A stretch of 64,000 nucleotides of DNA, from contig CM121341.1 in assembly GCA_051530055.1 (NCBI GenBank), positions 18,144,784-18,208,783 of the forward strand, in the 5' to 3' direction. Within the stretch, counting starts at the first letter, position 1, and every line of letters begins with the position of its first letter. The notes under the pieces are model-generated. The model saw only the letters and a program-made list of their open reading frames with translations. It had not been told where the DNA came from and ran no database searches. The DNA comes from Neoechinorhynchus agilis. Taxonomy: Eukaryota > Animalia > Acanthocephala. This document shows, one piece after another, positions 12,380-24,108 of the stretch. Made by a program: the position numbers and the translations under genes.

Positions 12380-14460
12380 CTTATTTCTAATCCCCACCTC
12401 AGCGTTTAAAATCACTTCGTTCATCCGTCTGGGATAAACGAGATCATAACATCTACAATGTTATTAAATTGTTCAATTCGATTATTCACACATTGCACTC
12501 AGACAAAACAAATGACCCTCCCTTGGCCATGTCCTCCCTAGCTTCAATCATAAAAAAATTCCCTAAGTTCGACAATACCCAAGAAATTCATTAGAATATC
12601 CAACCGTGACCCACCATGGATAACTCAATCTTGAAACTCCTCCAAAAGCGAGCATCTAAGCCCATCGCAATAACTCTTCAGACTTTCCACGCTAACAAAA
12701 AGCACAAACTCACAAAATTTCCTTTCCTTCAAAATTCGTTCGGGTGACAATTCAACGTGGTGGTGAGCCGTCAAGGACCTCTTGGTCTACGCAACCCTGA
12801 TTCCTTTCCAAATTTGTCCTCTTCTGAACTGAATCATGTTCTAGACTGTATCAATCAAAATCTCAGCCTTGACTCAATTTGCAACCATTGCCTTATCTCA
12901 GACTCCACACAAACTTTCACTCCTAACAATTGACACTTCTGTCAACTCTCCGAAACTCCCATTAGTTTCGTCATATGAAGTCCCGCAACACCTCAAGAAA
13001 TTACCTCGAAATTCGTACTCTCATTCCGAAATCCCAAACTGGGCTCTTCGCTGCATTATCCCCGAACTCAGAGATCCTATTACCCCACCATGACAAATCG
13101 CAGTTTTTATATAGAACCTACTCCTCATGCCTGAAAACTGCAAAAGCGATTCCTTTTACGAAAAATGGGCATCCGATTTCCACCGAATCATTCCGTCCAC
13201 TATCCACTCTGTCGGTCCCAAAGGTCATCGAAATGTTTCAAATCGCGCTTTCTTCCACTTTTCAGCAACAATTTATCGTCCCTAGAATTCGGCTTACGGC
13301 CAAATTTTCTGCAGCGATGCCCTACTCTGCATTTATAACACGCTCCTACATAACATTGACAATAATCCCTCCCACGTCGCAAGTCTCATTCAAATTAATT
13401 TATCGAAAGCATTCGACTCCGTGAACTATTCACTCCTTCTCCGGGCCTGCTCGGATTTTGGTCTCAACCTGTAGTAGATCCGCTGGCTTGCTTCTTATCT
13501 AAACAATCGTCAACAATACATTCACTGCGGATCTACCTCCCCAATTGCCATATCCCTCACAAAGGCGTCCCTAAATGTGTCGTACGTTCACCACTTCGTT
13601 CTAATATTTTCCTAAACCACATTAAACCTTTCTCCTCTCACTCTAAGCTTTTTTATATGCAGACGATCTCGCCCTCATCACTCAATCCTCTCCCTCTCCT
13701 TAACCTAACGAAATGACACACAAAAGATTTCTGCACCAATCACAAACTCTACCTGAATTCCCCTAAATGCTTCGAAATGATCCCTCCATTCTCCCGCAAC
13801 CCTACATCCTATCCCGAGCTTCCAAATGATATCCAACGAGTCACCTTCCTCAGAATTCTTGATCTCCAATTTGAATCAAACCTGAAATGGGACTCGCACA
13901 TCACTCTATCCCTCAGGCTCAACACCTTTAAAATTTATCTCCTAAAATGCCTCCGACATTTAGGAATCCCTTGGCCTGATTTCATCGAATTTTACTTCAG
14001 CTTTATTTTACCCTACCTATCCTACGGTTATCCCGTCTTTTGTAACCTATCCAAATCTCAAATCCGTCATCTTGAAATGTTTCATAAAAGGGCATCTAAA
14101 ATTTGCATAGCTCATTTTACCCCTCCCACCGATTGCTTTGATACTATTTTCATAAAACAAATTAAACACCTCTCAACCTTACCGCCACAATTTTTACCAC
14201 GTGTCGTCCCCTTCTCACATGACCACAAATCTCGTAATCCTAATTCGTTTCATTCTCCTAGACCTTGCACCTCCCTATACTTACGCGCCTTTTTCCTTGC
14301 TGCCTAATCTTCGCGGGTATCATAACCATAAATGAAGCTGGGGAAAGACCAACCTCACAAGCTCTGCTGGAAACCATAATCACAAACTTCCACAAGAACG
14401 GACGTCCCCGACCGGATCTTCCCACGCAACCGAACCCGTAGTATACTTAATGATCAACAA
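12380..14460 (+). mobile_element. Decayed LINE (APE-RT type, CR1-group-like), copy 1
   Basis: Frameshifted RT remnants (YRKHS/KAFD region, tatgcagacgat = YADD at ~13657, LKWDSHI, YLSYGYPVF); C-rich, G-poor sense strand; colinear with 45470-47700. Confidence 0.8.
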
Positions 14461-14791
14461 CCGCATTCTTTGAACAACTTTAAACTCGAATGTTTATGAG
14501 GACCCATAGGTACGTGGGTCCAATTATTGTTAATTAACAAATAAACGTGTTATTATTAATCAGGCGATTCTTAGATACAAACAAATTGTTCATTCCCCTT
14601 CGGCAAAAACAAGTTTTGACGTTGCCTATTGAAGACTGAACGATAATAGTTTAAAGTCAAATAAATTTATCTAACAATGGGCTACGTTAAAATAAGCGCA
14701 AAGGATGCCTGAGACGTGATTTAGATTTATTGACGTTGCCGTGAATGATTGAGAGATAGGGGTTGGCAGAAAATGGAAAAACGTCTCCCTT

Positions 14792-15350
14792 TTAGAGCAA
14801 AAAATTATATTCTACGGGAATTGCGCTGATTGTTTCTAAGAAAGATAAAGACGATTGAAAATGGCTATTAATTGTAATACTCGCAAGTAATTGTATGGAC
14901 TTTTTCCACCAAGATTTCAAGATCGCTCGGCATTTACTGGGTTCCAACCAGTTCGGAGAATCTTCTACATCCATCCACATAAGAAATTTGGTACATCGAT
15001 GTGCTTGTTGCATTTCGCGACAAAATAACCACGCATTGTAGGTCGTCGCTTTACACTCAAAAGATTGTCAAGTTACATGAGAATCTTAAAACCTATAAAA
15101 GCAAATATTTTTCTGATTCCTTTAAATGCGAACAACAGAATCGCTATTCAAAAGAATATGAGTTGGATAGATATATTTTAAAGGCGATTTCTTCGAGGTC
15201 GTATGTCAGTCTTGTTACTTGATCTGCGATGTATTGTAGACAGCTAGGTATAAGGGATCATCTTTTCGCAGAACGCTAGATGCCAAAAATAATTTCCTCG
15301 GTGATACCCTTGTGGAGGTCCTTGTATAAATAAATATAAGCACGCTCTTG
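14792..15350 (-). CDS. Possible 3' exons of an unassigned gene
   Basis: ~105-codon open exon (TTYNAWLFCREMQQAHRCTKFLMWMDVEDSPNWLEPSKCRAILKSWWKK...) plus short upstream open segments with GT/AG sites; full structure not resolved. Confidence 0.3.
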
Positions 15351-17689
15351 GAAATTCATCTTTTCAACCTGAGATTTTAGTAAATTTTTGCTTGTCATTT
15401 CATCAAATTTTCTTAGCATTTCCTAGGCTTTTTAGGATATTAATCATTCTGATTTCAGTTAATCAAAAAATGTTACGTTCGCTTTATCAAAAGATCCATC
15501 TCTGGCGTTCAGCTACTTTCATCGCCTGAGATTGTAGCACGAGGAACTAACATGATTACCTTAAAAGCACCTTTTCCCATTTTATTCGTACATTCAGTAA
15601 CGTGATCAGTTGTAATATGATTTCATCCTTACAATAAATCTTTGAACCGATTTAAGTATTTATCTTCCATTGAATTCATAAAAGTACTTTCAAACATTTC
15701 TGTATGCACGATCGCCCTGGTAAGATCGGAAAAAACAAAATAGATGTAAGTAAAAGACGAAAATAGTGCCATACATGTGATATAGAGGCAATACACGTGA
15801 ATAACCCACCTTCACGGTAACATTTTATCAATTTACACGCGTCTCATTTGTCTAGATAATCAGAAATCTGTTGATCGGCGTCCGGGTTGCGCAATAGTCC
15901 AATCATACGACATGGTACAGACGTCCTGCCCACTTGGAAAAGATTGATCACCTGCTGGGCAAAGAAACCTTTTCAAATCAGCTTGTTCACTAAATGCCCA
16001 CTCGCTCTAGCCGTTACATCTTAATCCGTCTGACCTAATCAGAAAACCCAAAGATCGTGAAAATGGATTCGATAGTATTTGGGCAGATAATATTACAATA
16101 AACGCCCATTCAGCTTCTGGATAAACAATGTTGAAATTAGTCTGCTGGCGACGATAGGCCGGTTATTTTGGGTGTGATATCAAACACAAGGAAACTCTGC
16201 GATGGGCGACACTGTAAAAAGCTTTCTTATGCAATTTCTATCAAGAACAGTCTATAAGAGAGGAAAAAGATCTGGTTACTCGATCAATTCTCTCAAGTCT
16301 CTCCGGCCATTCTCGCCACACTTGATGCGTAAATATTCAGACGTTCTTGAGACATTTACCTTTAACTTATATTTCTCAATTGTTTAGATAAATTCTGTTG
16401 ATCAACTGTCAATAAGAACGAGACACGCCTTTCGCTCACTGTCACTGAGCGACATTTTCTCTTGCTTTCACAAGAATAACAGCTGATCTTTTTGATTCCT
16501 GTCCTAAAATCGAATACTCTTGAACTAGTTTGTATAACGGAGGTAAGGCGTGTCTAAAGTTTGAATTTCTAGCTAAATAAGTAGTCCGTTGGGATTTTCT
16601 TATAGTTGTAATTGCTACTTATACAGACACATTCTCTGATCTTAAAGATACAACCTAAAATTTATCCGCATGTTGTCGTGTCTCAGGTACTGAAGCGGAC
16701 ATTTTATCGAAATTTTAAAAATATTCTATTCTTAAATTTTAGTGGAAAATCATACTGTTTTCTTGTCCTAAAAATCTTATCCAGAGTTTCAAAAGACATT
16801 GTTGAACATTTTTTTTAGCAATTTATCAGTTGGATCTTTACAGTGTTCAAATTTGACAATGTTCGCTCCCCTAAGATTACCTCTTCAAAAGCAGTCATCC
16901 CACCTTATGTGCCCCGTTCTTGATCCAACCGATATATTAAGTGTTTCATTAAGGCGGATAATTGTATCCAGTTTCATAATTATATCGCCCAATGTGTACC
17001 ATAATTGTATCTGGTAACAATTATCGGCTCAAGACGACAAATCCTTACTCAGTGAGTAGTGCTAGTTTGAGATATTAGAACAGATAAGACACTAAAGGGA
17101 CCTTTAAAAAGAGGCGGTTCTTTGAAATCAATCCACAATTAAAAAAATGCTTAATGAGTTATAACAGATTTACGTTGATTCCAGTGGCCTATGAGATATC
17201 AAGATATTTTTCCAGGTAATATTTTTTTATAATCTAATTTCAAATTGCTCCGAGATTAAAAGGGTGCTCATTTATTCTCAATGAGTCCTTTATTCTTAGT
17301 TCGAATGAACTCTAAAATCACATGACTCATAATAATGGAATTTTTTTCGGTCAATTAGGTTCACTAATGCACAACATCACCTTAATGCACGCTTAATTAA
17401 ATTTTAGAATGATTAGAAGTCCCCTAGCATTACCCCTCTTTATACATCCATCATATAATTAAGACCGACCAATAAAAATCCAAGATCTTATCTTTACACT
17501 GAACCTTCATCATTTGCAACCGGAAAAACGTTGTTGTATAACTATTCCTCCTATATACGGTGATCGTTTCACAGTTCCTTTGCACTAACCGGGACTTCTA
17601 CCTTCTCTATAGCAGCATAGTGCGTGAAACATAAAACTTAACCGTAATTCGTCAGGTTTTCCAGATTTTAACAGAACAACTTAATAACA

Positions 17690-19060
17690 ATGTTCGGATC
17701 AATTTTCAAGCTATTTAGTCAAGGATGGAAATCTTCATCCCATCCATCAATGAAGAAGGAATTTTCCATTGAAACCTTCTCGTACGTAGATGACAAAAAG
17801 CCATCTATGAGTAAAATGGATCTTACTATCAATTCTATAGCAAATTTATTCGGGTTCGCCTATGAACCTAACAAAAGTGGAAAACACAGCTCAAAACGAC
17901 ATTCTCTACTTGAACGCCTAAATTTAACAAGCATAAAATCTCATAAACATCAGCAATCTGATCTTATCGATGATAAGGACGGAGGACAATGCAGCAGGGC
18001 TGCATTTCAATTCGATAAAAGTTATTACCATGTTGGCCAGTTCAAACCAACCATAAATAGGTTGGACGCTGCTAAAAAATCTTTAAATCAATTAGAGAAA
18101 ATGGTTGAAGAAAGAGCGGAACTTGAACGAATCCATTCTAACAGTTTAAAAGAATGGTCAAATAAATGGTTAGAGGAAATCAAAAGAAATGATGATTATG
18201 GAACAAGTAAAGCTACCATTTACAACATCCTTCAAGCTGCAATCGATGTCGAAGCGACACGCCATCAGAATCTCGCAAATTTAATTCATGGAAACGTATT
18301 GTCAGAAATATTGAGAACAAAGAAAAAATTATTCAGCAAGTCAAAGTTTGAATTCGGTAAATGTAAGACTCGATTGGATTTTATTGATTGTCAAAGGAGA
18401 TGGAGTCAAATCTTAGATAGCGTTGAAGCAGCGAAAGCCAAGTACAAGGACGCGTTCTTAAAATTTTATGCATTTGAGAAGAACACGAGGATTATGACAA
18501 GTGATCAAGGAATGAGTGCAAGGGTAAAAGTTCAATATCAGCGTGAAACCAGGCGCCTTAAAGCCATTGCCAACAATGAGAGACTTGCCTACAGAAAAGC
18601 AGTCGATGCTGCGAGGCGTAATCAAGAAATTTACATCGAACGAATGAATTTGATATACGGGCATTTAGACTCGTTCGAGAAAGTTCGTCTTGAGCACTTG
18701 AGGCAAGTTTTTAGTGCCTATACGTTTACAATTTACAATGACGAATTTTACTATGTCCCAAGCACTCCTTCTCAGAATGAGGATTCAGACTTTACCGATA
18801 GTTATCAAGTGGGGAACCGAGCAGAATCGAACCCAATGGTGAAAAGGATCTTAGGTGTCAATAATGTTAACAGAGATCTACATTGGTTTTCTAACACCTA
18901 CGGACCAGGAACGATTGACCTTGCAGAATGGCCGAAATTCGAGGAATGTATGCAAGACAGAACTCCAAGTGTACCAACTCCCAATCAATCGGATCAAATA
19001 AGTACTCAGAATTACGAACTATTTCCAATCGAAGAAACGGAAACAAACTATGAAGAATAA
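17690..19060 (+). CDS. PACSIN/syndapin-type F-BAR protein lacking an SH3 domain, single exon, 456 aa
   Basis: YYHVGQFKPTINRLD..LEKMVEERAELERIHSNSLKEWSNKW..YGT and DLHWFSNTYGPG..WPKFEE match PACSIN F-BAR start and end motifs; uninterrupted ORF. Confidence 0.8.
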   Translation: MFGSIFKLFSQGWKSSSHPSMKKEFSIETFSYVDDKKPSMSKMDLTINSIANLFGFAYEPNKSGKHSSKRHSLLERLNLTSIKSHKHQQSDLIDDKDGGQCSRAAFQFDKSYYHVGQFKPTINRLDAAKKSLNQLEKMVEERAELERIHSNSLKEWSNKWLEEIKRNDDYGTSKATIYNILQAAIDVEATRHQNLANLIHGNVLSEILRTKKKLFSKSKFEFGKCKTRLDFIDCQRRWSQILDSVEAAKAKYKDAFLKFYAFEKNTRIMTSDQGMSARVKVQYQRETRRLKAIANNERLAYRKAVDAARRNQEIYIERMNLIYGHLDSFEKVRLEHLRQVFSAYTFTIYNDEFYYVPSTPSQNEDSDFTDSYQVGNRAESNPMVKRILGVNNVNRDLHWFSNTYGPGTIDLAEWPKFEECMQDRTPSVPTPNQSDQISTQNYELFPIEETETNYEE

Positions 19061-19124
19061 AAGGTTTTCTGGGCAAAAAATTCATAAAAAAAGCCCAATA
19101 ATGCTCACTGCACATCAATTGACA

Positions 19125-19375
19125 CGATTGTAAAAATTGTACTTGTAAATCTTATAAAAAAATTAATTACAATTTCTCTTTTCGGGACGTTTAAGTAACT
19201 ACTTAAATTGCTCATAAATGGCTGTTCAATAAACTGCTTCAAACGAAAGCGTCAAATATTACTCAGTTCATATAAATGAGTGCGATTGTAAAAATCGTAC
19301 TTGTAAAACTCATAAAAACATATTAATTAAAATTTTTCCTTTTCGGAACATTCAATAGTGCACTTAAGTTGCTTA
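19125..19375 (+). repeat. Diverged direct repeat (~92-bp units, period 158 bp)
   Basis: cgattgtaaaaat(t/c)gtacttgtaaa... starts at 19125 and at 19283. Confidence 0.65.
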
Positions 19376-19901
19376 TCACTTTGGATCCAATAAATTCGAT
19401 CAATGCAGCGACCGCTTCAATTTTATACCATGAACGATTTTGTAAATAATTAATATTCACACATAAATTAAGCCCAATTACACTAATCTCTTTACTATGC
19501 ACCTAAATTTCCAACACCTTAACAAGATCTTATCATCTGTTTTGTTTCTAAAGATAAGTGTTTGCGATTAAGGCAATTAACCTATTAGATTAAAAATTTC
19601 CACGATAAGAATGCGACAATTGGACCATCCTTATCAAAAACTAGTTTTATTGCAGATAAAGTGACATTGATTTCGATAAGAAAAGGAAAGCAGCTAAATA
19701 TTTTTTAGCACTTAAACTTAAATTTTTATATCAAATCGCGTATATTTTTTAGAACTTTGCCAAACCGGCAGAATAAATTAAATATTTGTCGAAGAATCAT
19801 TGAATAAAATAATATTTTGGAAAAAGTCGATATGTGAGGTACCGGGGAATATGATTGGAATTATTGTTTAGGTCTACCGCTAGCGTCAATTACTAATAAA
19901 C

Positions 19902-19945
19902 AAACTGATGATGAACCCGACGAGGTTCCAAACGTCTTTAATAAA
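19902..19945 (+). ncRNA. Minimal type I hammerhead motif with a core substitution (HHR-2)
   Basis: aaa-CTGATGA-T-[gaacc cgacga ggttc]-CAAA-CG-TC-ttt-AATAAA; G12 is replaced by C. Confidence 0.45.
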
Positions 19946-20408
19946 TAATCATTTATCGGGTGTAAATCTAAACAATAATTCTAATATTTTGGAGTTTACC
20001 TAATGAACTATGGAAAAATTACAAAATAGAAAGTAAAGAATTACGAGCGATTTAGCTGCTAAATTCTGCATGATTTTTTGACACAATGAGTAATTATTAG
20101 ATTAGGAATAAAGTAAACGCCACGCCCATAACAGTGAATTATCAAAGTAAGACTGGCGTGTTCGACGATTTAAGATCAATCGAAATTACACCACACATGT
20201 TATAAAATATAATAATATGCCTTTCGGTGAGAGTGATCAGATTTTAAATTTTTTATAACGCAGTTTAGTAACAATACATTTATTTGATGCTACTATCCAC
20301 GGCAAAATAAAGTTTTCGCAGTGAAAGAAAAAGAAGTGAATGCGAACGCTAAAGAATAAGATCAATTATTTACTTCATTATAGAAAAAGCAAAAATATTT
20401 TCATTCAA

Positions 20409-23160
20409 TTAAGACATCAAATTAATTTGCTTAGTAGAAAGCCTTTCGAATTTCGCCAAAATAGAAAAGTCGGTTCGTGGCTGAATGAGTTTGAATGCAT
20501 CGTCGAAATGTTTTGCTCTAACTCGGATTCCTTTATTGATTTTTCCACTCAAATCCACTGAGTCTTCAAGTGCGGACAAAACAGCTTCCCTGCATACAGC
20601 GACCACTTCCGCGCCGGAATACCCGTCCGTAGAATTGACTAGGTCACTAATTCTGACGCTTTCGTCTACTGTTAGTTTCTTTAAATGTATTTCGAATATC
20701 TTCCAACGAGTATCTTCGTTGGGGAGGGGGACGTATATGAGTCTGTCAAACCTTCCCGGTCGCATTAATGCAGAATCTATAACATCCGGTCGGTTTGTGG
20801 CAGCTATTACAATAACCTTGATACTCGTATCATACTCAAGTCCATCCATTTCAGTGAGTAGTTGCGCTACAACACGAGCACCTACATTAGAGCTTCCACT
20901 TGAATAATCTGCTGACCGCTCAGTAGCGATGGCGTCGATTTCATCGAAGAACACGATAGACGGCGCAACCATTCGAGCCCGTTCGAAGATTTGTCGAATT
21001 GCTTTTTCGGAATCACCGACCCATTTAGAGAATATCTCCGGGCCTTTAATAGAAAAGAAGTTTAAATGGCTCTCGTTGGCTATAGCTCTGGCAACCATGG
21101 TCTTACTACATCCGGGTGGTCCATATAGAAGAATACCAGTAGGTGGTCGTATACCGATAGAATCAAAAATTTGAGGATACCGAAAAGGCCAAACGAGCAT
21201 ATGAAGGAGTTGCTTTTTTAGTTGCTCACATCCAGCAATATCTGACCATTTCGTATTAAATGGCTTATTCGGGATTATGTCGCGCAAGGCTGATGGTCTT
21301 GTTGATTTCATTACGTTGAGTATGTTATGAACATTCGGTTGAAATGCCATTAAATCTTCTGAGGATATTTGTTTGATAGCAAGAATTAGATCGGAGCAAG
21401 TGAAGCCATGAGTGACTTGCGAAAAGTTGAACTTTTCGTTTTCATCGAGATGGAGAGAAGGAATATGTCGAGTGAGGATCGCCAATCTATCTTCAGTTGA
21501 AGGCACATTTATTTCGATTTCTCGTTGGAATCTATTAATCTGCAGGAGATGTCCTAGTTTCTCGGAGTTTACACAAGTTGCCAATACCATTTGATTATGA
21601 GGTTTCCTTTCAAAGAAGTCCAACCGGACGAGCGTTTAAATTTAGTCGCAAACTACAGAATTGAGAAACAGTTGTCAAAAAGTCGTTTTATTTGACAAAA
21701 AAGAACAGTAGACGCTCGAGAAAAGCGCCTTAAATAAACTCGTGGCACAATATTAAATAAGGGTTCAACCAAGATAGGTCGTGAAAAATGTATCATTGCG
21801 ATAAATTTCATAAGTATATTTCGGCGATACTGAATTTCTCCACCACGAACATTAAAAAAGACAGATCGTTTTTAACTTTCAATTTATAAAAAATTGAATT
21901 AAACAAAAAATTCAACAACAACACCTATGCAGTCAACATTGAATATGTCTAGATGCCACCGAAAGTTAAATGAAATTTAAGAGCTTTTAATATTTAGCAC
22001 TGCTCTGAATACTCTTTTAAAGAAAAAGACATTCGCTAAAGCCTTTCCCCGTGCGTTTTGGCAATTAAGTCAATTTAAAAACCCGTTACGTAAAGTTTTT
22101 GATTCGAAACTTTAGTGATCGGATCAACAAACAACACAGCAGGAAAATCCATTTCGATATTTTTCAACATATTGTCAGAGTTAATCTTGATAAGCTCTAT
22201 CTCTGGGTGTCTTACCTTTAACACATTCTCAACCGCTTCCAATATTAAAGATTTCCCACATCCATTAGGCCCCACAAGTAACATTGATTGGTGACTTTTG
22301 TGTCCATCTTCAAGGCACTTCAGATTATTCTTAATCAATTCCAAGACTGTTTTGTATCCGCATACAAAGTCCTCTAAAGAAGGAATACTTTTTGTAGTGC
22401 GTTTTAAGACCCAATGCTTGGATCTGTATAGAGAAAGAAATGCTCTTCAGAAAAGAATGAGAATAAGCATTGCTTCTATTAGAGAAGTAAGATCATCTTC
22501 CAAAGAAATTGTGGAGAAGCGATCAGATATGTTCTTATCACGCTTAGCGATTAAATCAAACAAACGTCCAATAATGCGCACCAAGATTTTGCATTCTTGA
22601 TTTCCGATCATGTATCGATCGCCAATAACACGATTTACAAACAATGCGACGAATTTCCGATCGTCTGACGACAGTTCGGATTCAGACGTTGATAAGAAAA
22701 TTGTCTCAACATTATTCACAGTCACATTTCCCATTATCAGTTTCAGCTTTACATAGCAGTTTCGCTTAATCGCTTGAATTCCAGACAACTGAATATGAGT
22801 CTCATCGATTTCACTGGACTCCTGAATCTGAGCGTACAAGGGTCCATAGAGAACATTGTCTTTGCCATCCATAACAGAAATTTCAAACCAACTAACGCAA
22901 TCGCGAAAATCGGGAAGCATTTCGGCAGTTGTGGGATTCAAGAGGACGCCACTAGTCCCGGGGATTGTAGGCATTTTAAGATTGAGCACCAATGAACGAG
23001 TGGACAAGTCGATTATACAAACATTAGAATCTTTATGACAGTATGTGCCATCATCTCTTCTTCGCCAACTCAAACGATTAGCCCTTTTCCTTGAACGACG
23101 GCTTTTAGGGGTAATTTCCTGCTCATCGGAAACTTTTTCGTTTTTATGGGAATCTTTCAT
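20409..23160 (-). CDS. AFG2A: AAA+ ATPase AFG2A/SPATA5 (Drg1 orthologue), multi-exon; start codon uncertain
   Basis: D2 Walker A GPPGCSKTM (diagnostic for SPATA5/AFG2), IKGPEIFSKWVGDSEKAIR, FFDEIDA, ATNRPD..DSALMRPGRFDR; D1 Walker A GPNGCGKS. Confidence 0.85.
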
Positions 23161-24108
23161 CTGAAATCGGTAAAAACCTATGCATTTTCTTTACTTAACT
23201 GTGAGAACGTAATCAATCCCATAGAATACTTTTAATAAAATCAAGAATTAACAAGTCTTTTTGACTTTTCATCGAATCTGAATGAGGTTGAGCGCGTTCT
23301 TAATGATGAATCTCATTTTATCAAGTAAATTCTTGAATTTTGACAATTTAATGGCCCACATTATTAATTCGGTTCATTTTTTCGTTTTTAATTCAATATA
23401 CCACAAAAGCCATTTGTTGATTATCAAATCATAGTTAAAAATTTTCATTGGAAAATCTATAGATACCACGTCAAACTTTTGTATAGAAGCAAAATAATAA
23501 AAACTTTCAAATTTAATATTAGAAAGTTAGTCACTAATGCAATTAAAAATCAGGTTGTATCGACCTGAATCAAACGCCATATATAATCGAGCCTCAGATG
23601 ATTAGTGAATGTGTACTATTTTGAAAAAGGTTTTAAGATGGCATAAGATTAGATAAAGCTGATTCTTGGCACGAAAATTAAAATTGATTGTATAATTGTT
23701 TCTCTAAAACGAGAAGAGCTTTCATTTTGATATAGCGTTTTTCTTTTTCAAGACAAATAACACCGTTTATCAAGACTAATAGAAAAATTATGTGATATGG
23801 AGATTTATTATCTTTAGACAGCACATCATTTTCCGATATATCGGAAGTTTTAAAGTGAACGAATCTCGAATATTACATATGAAACAGTTCGTTTGGTTCG
23901 GCGTGGAATCAACGCTCATCTCGTAAAAAATATTATATTTCAGGAATCTGTAAAATAAGCGCAACCCCCCACACTACCTTAGAGTCATGCCCAGCGCTCC
24001 CAAATTGATCTACTTTAGTTAAACTATTGATTAATAGGCAAGCACGTAATCAGTAACGTACACATGATTGCATGAATGATCGTGTTCGTGAGAGGAAAAT
24101 AAAAAATC

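Noticed and set aside
14490-14545. ttatga-[ggaccca..tgggtcc]-aatta...AATAAA as a fourth hammerhead
   Set aside because: Both core strands deviate (no CTGA, no GAAA); at best a heavily decayed relic.
21620-22090. Non-canonical junction between the AFG2A D1 exons
   Set aside because: A canonical solution exists through a short exon (~22036-22014), so the case is ambiguous.
22447-22449. Selenocysteine or read-through at the AFG2A in-frame TGA
   Set aside because: It sits in a pyrimidine-rich tract ending in a strong CAG acceptor, so an intron is simpler; no SECIS was recognised.
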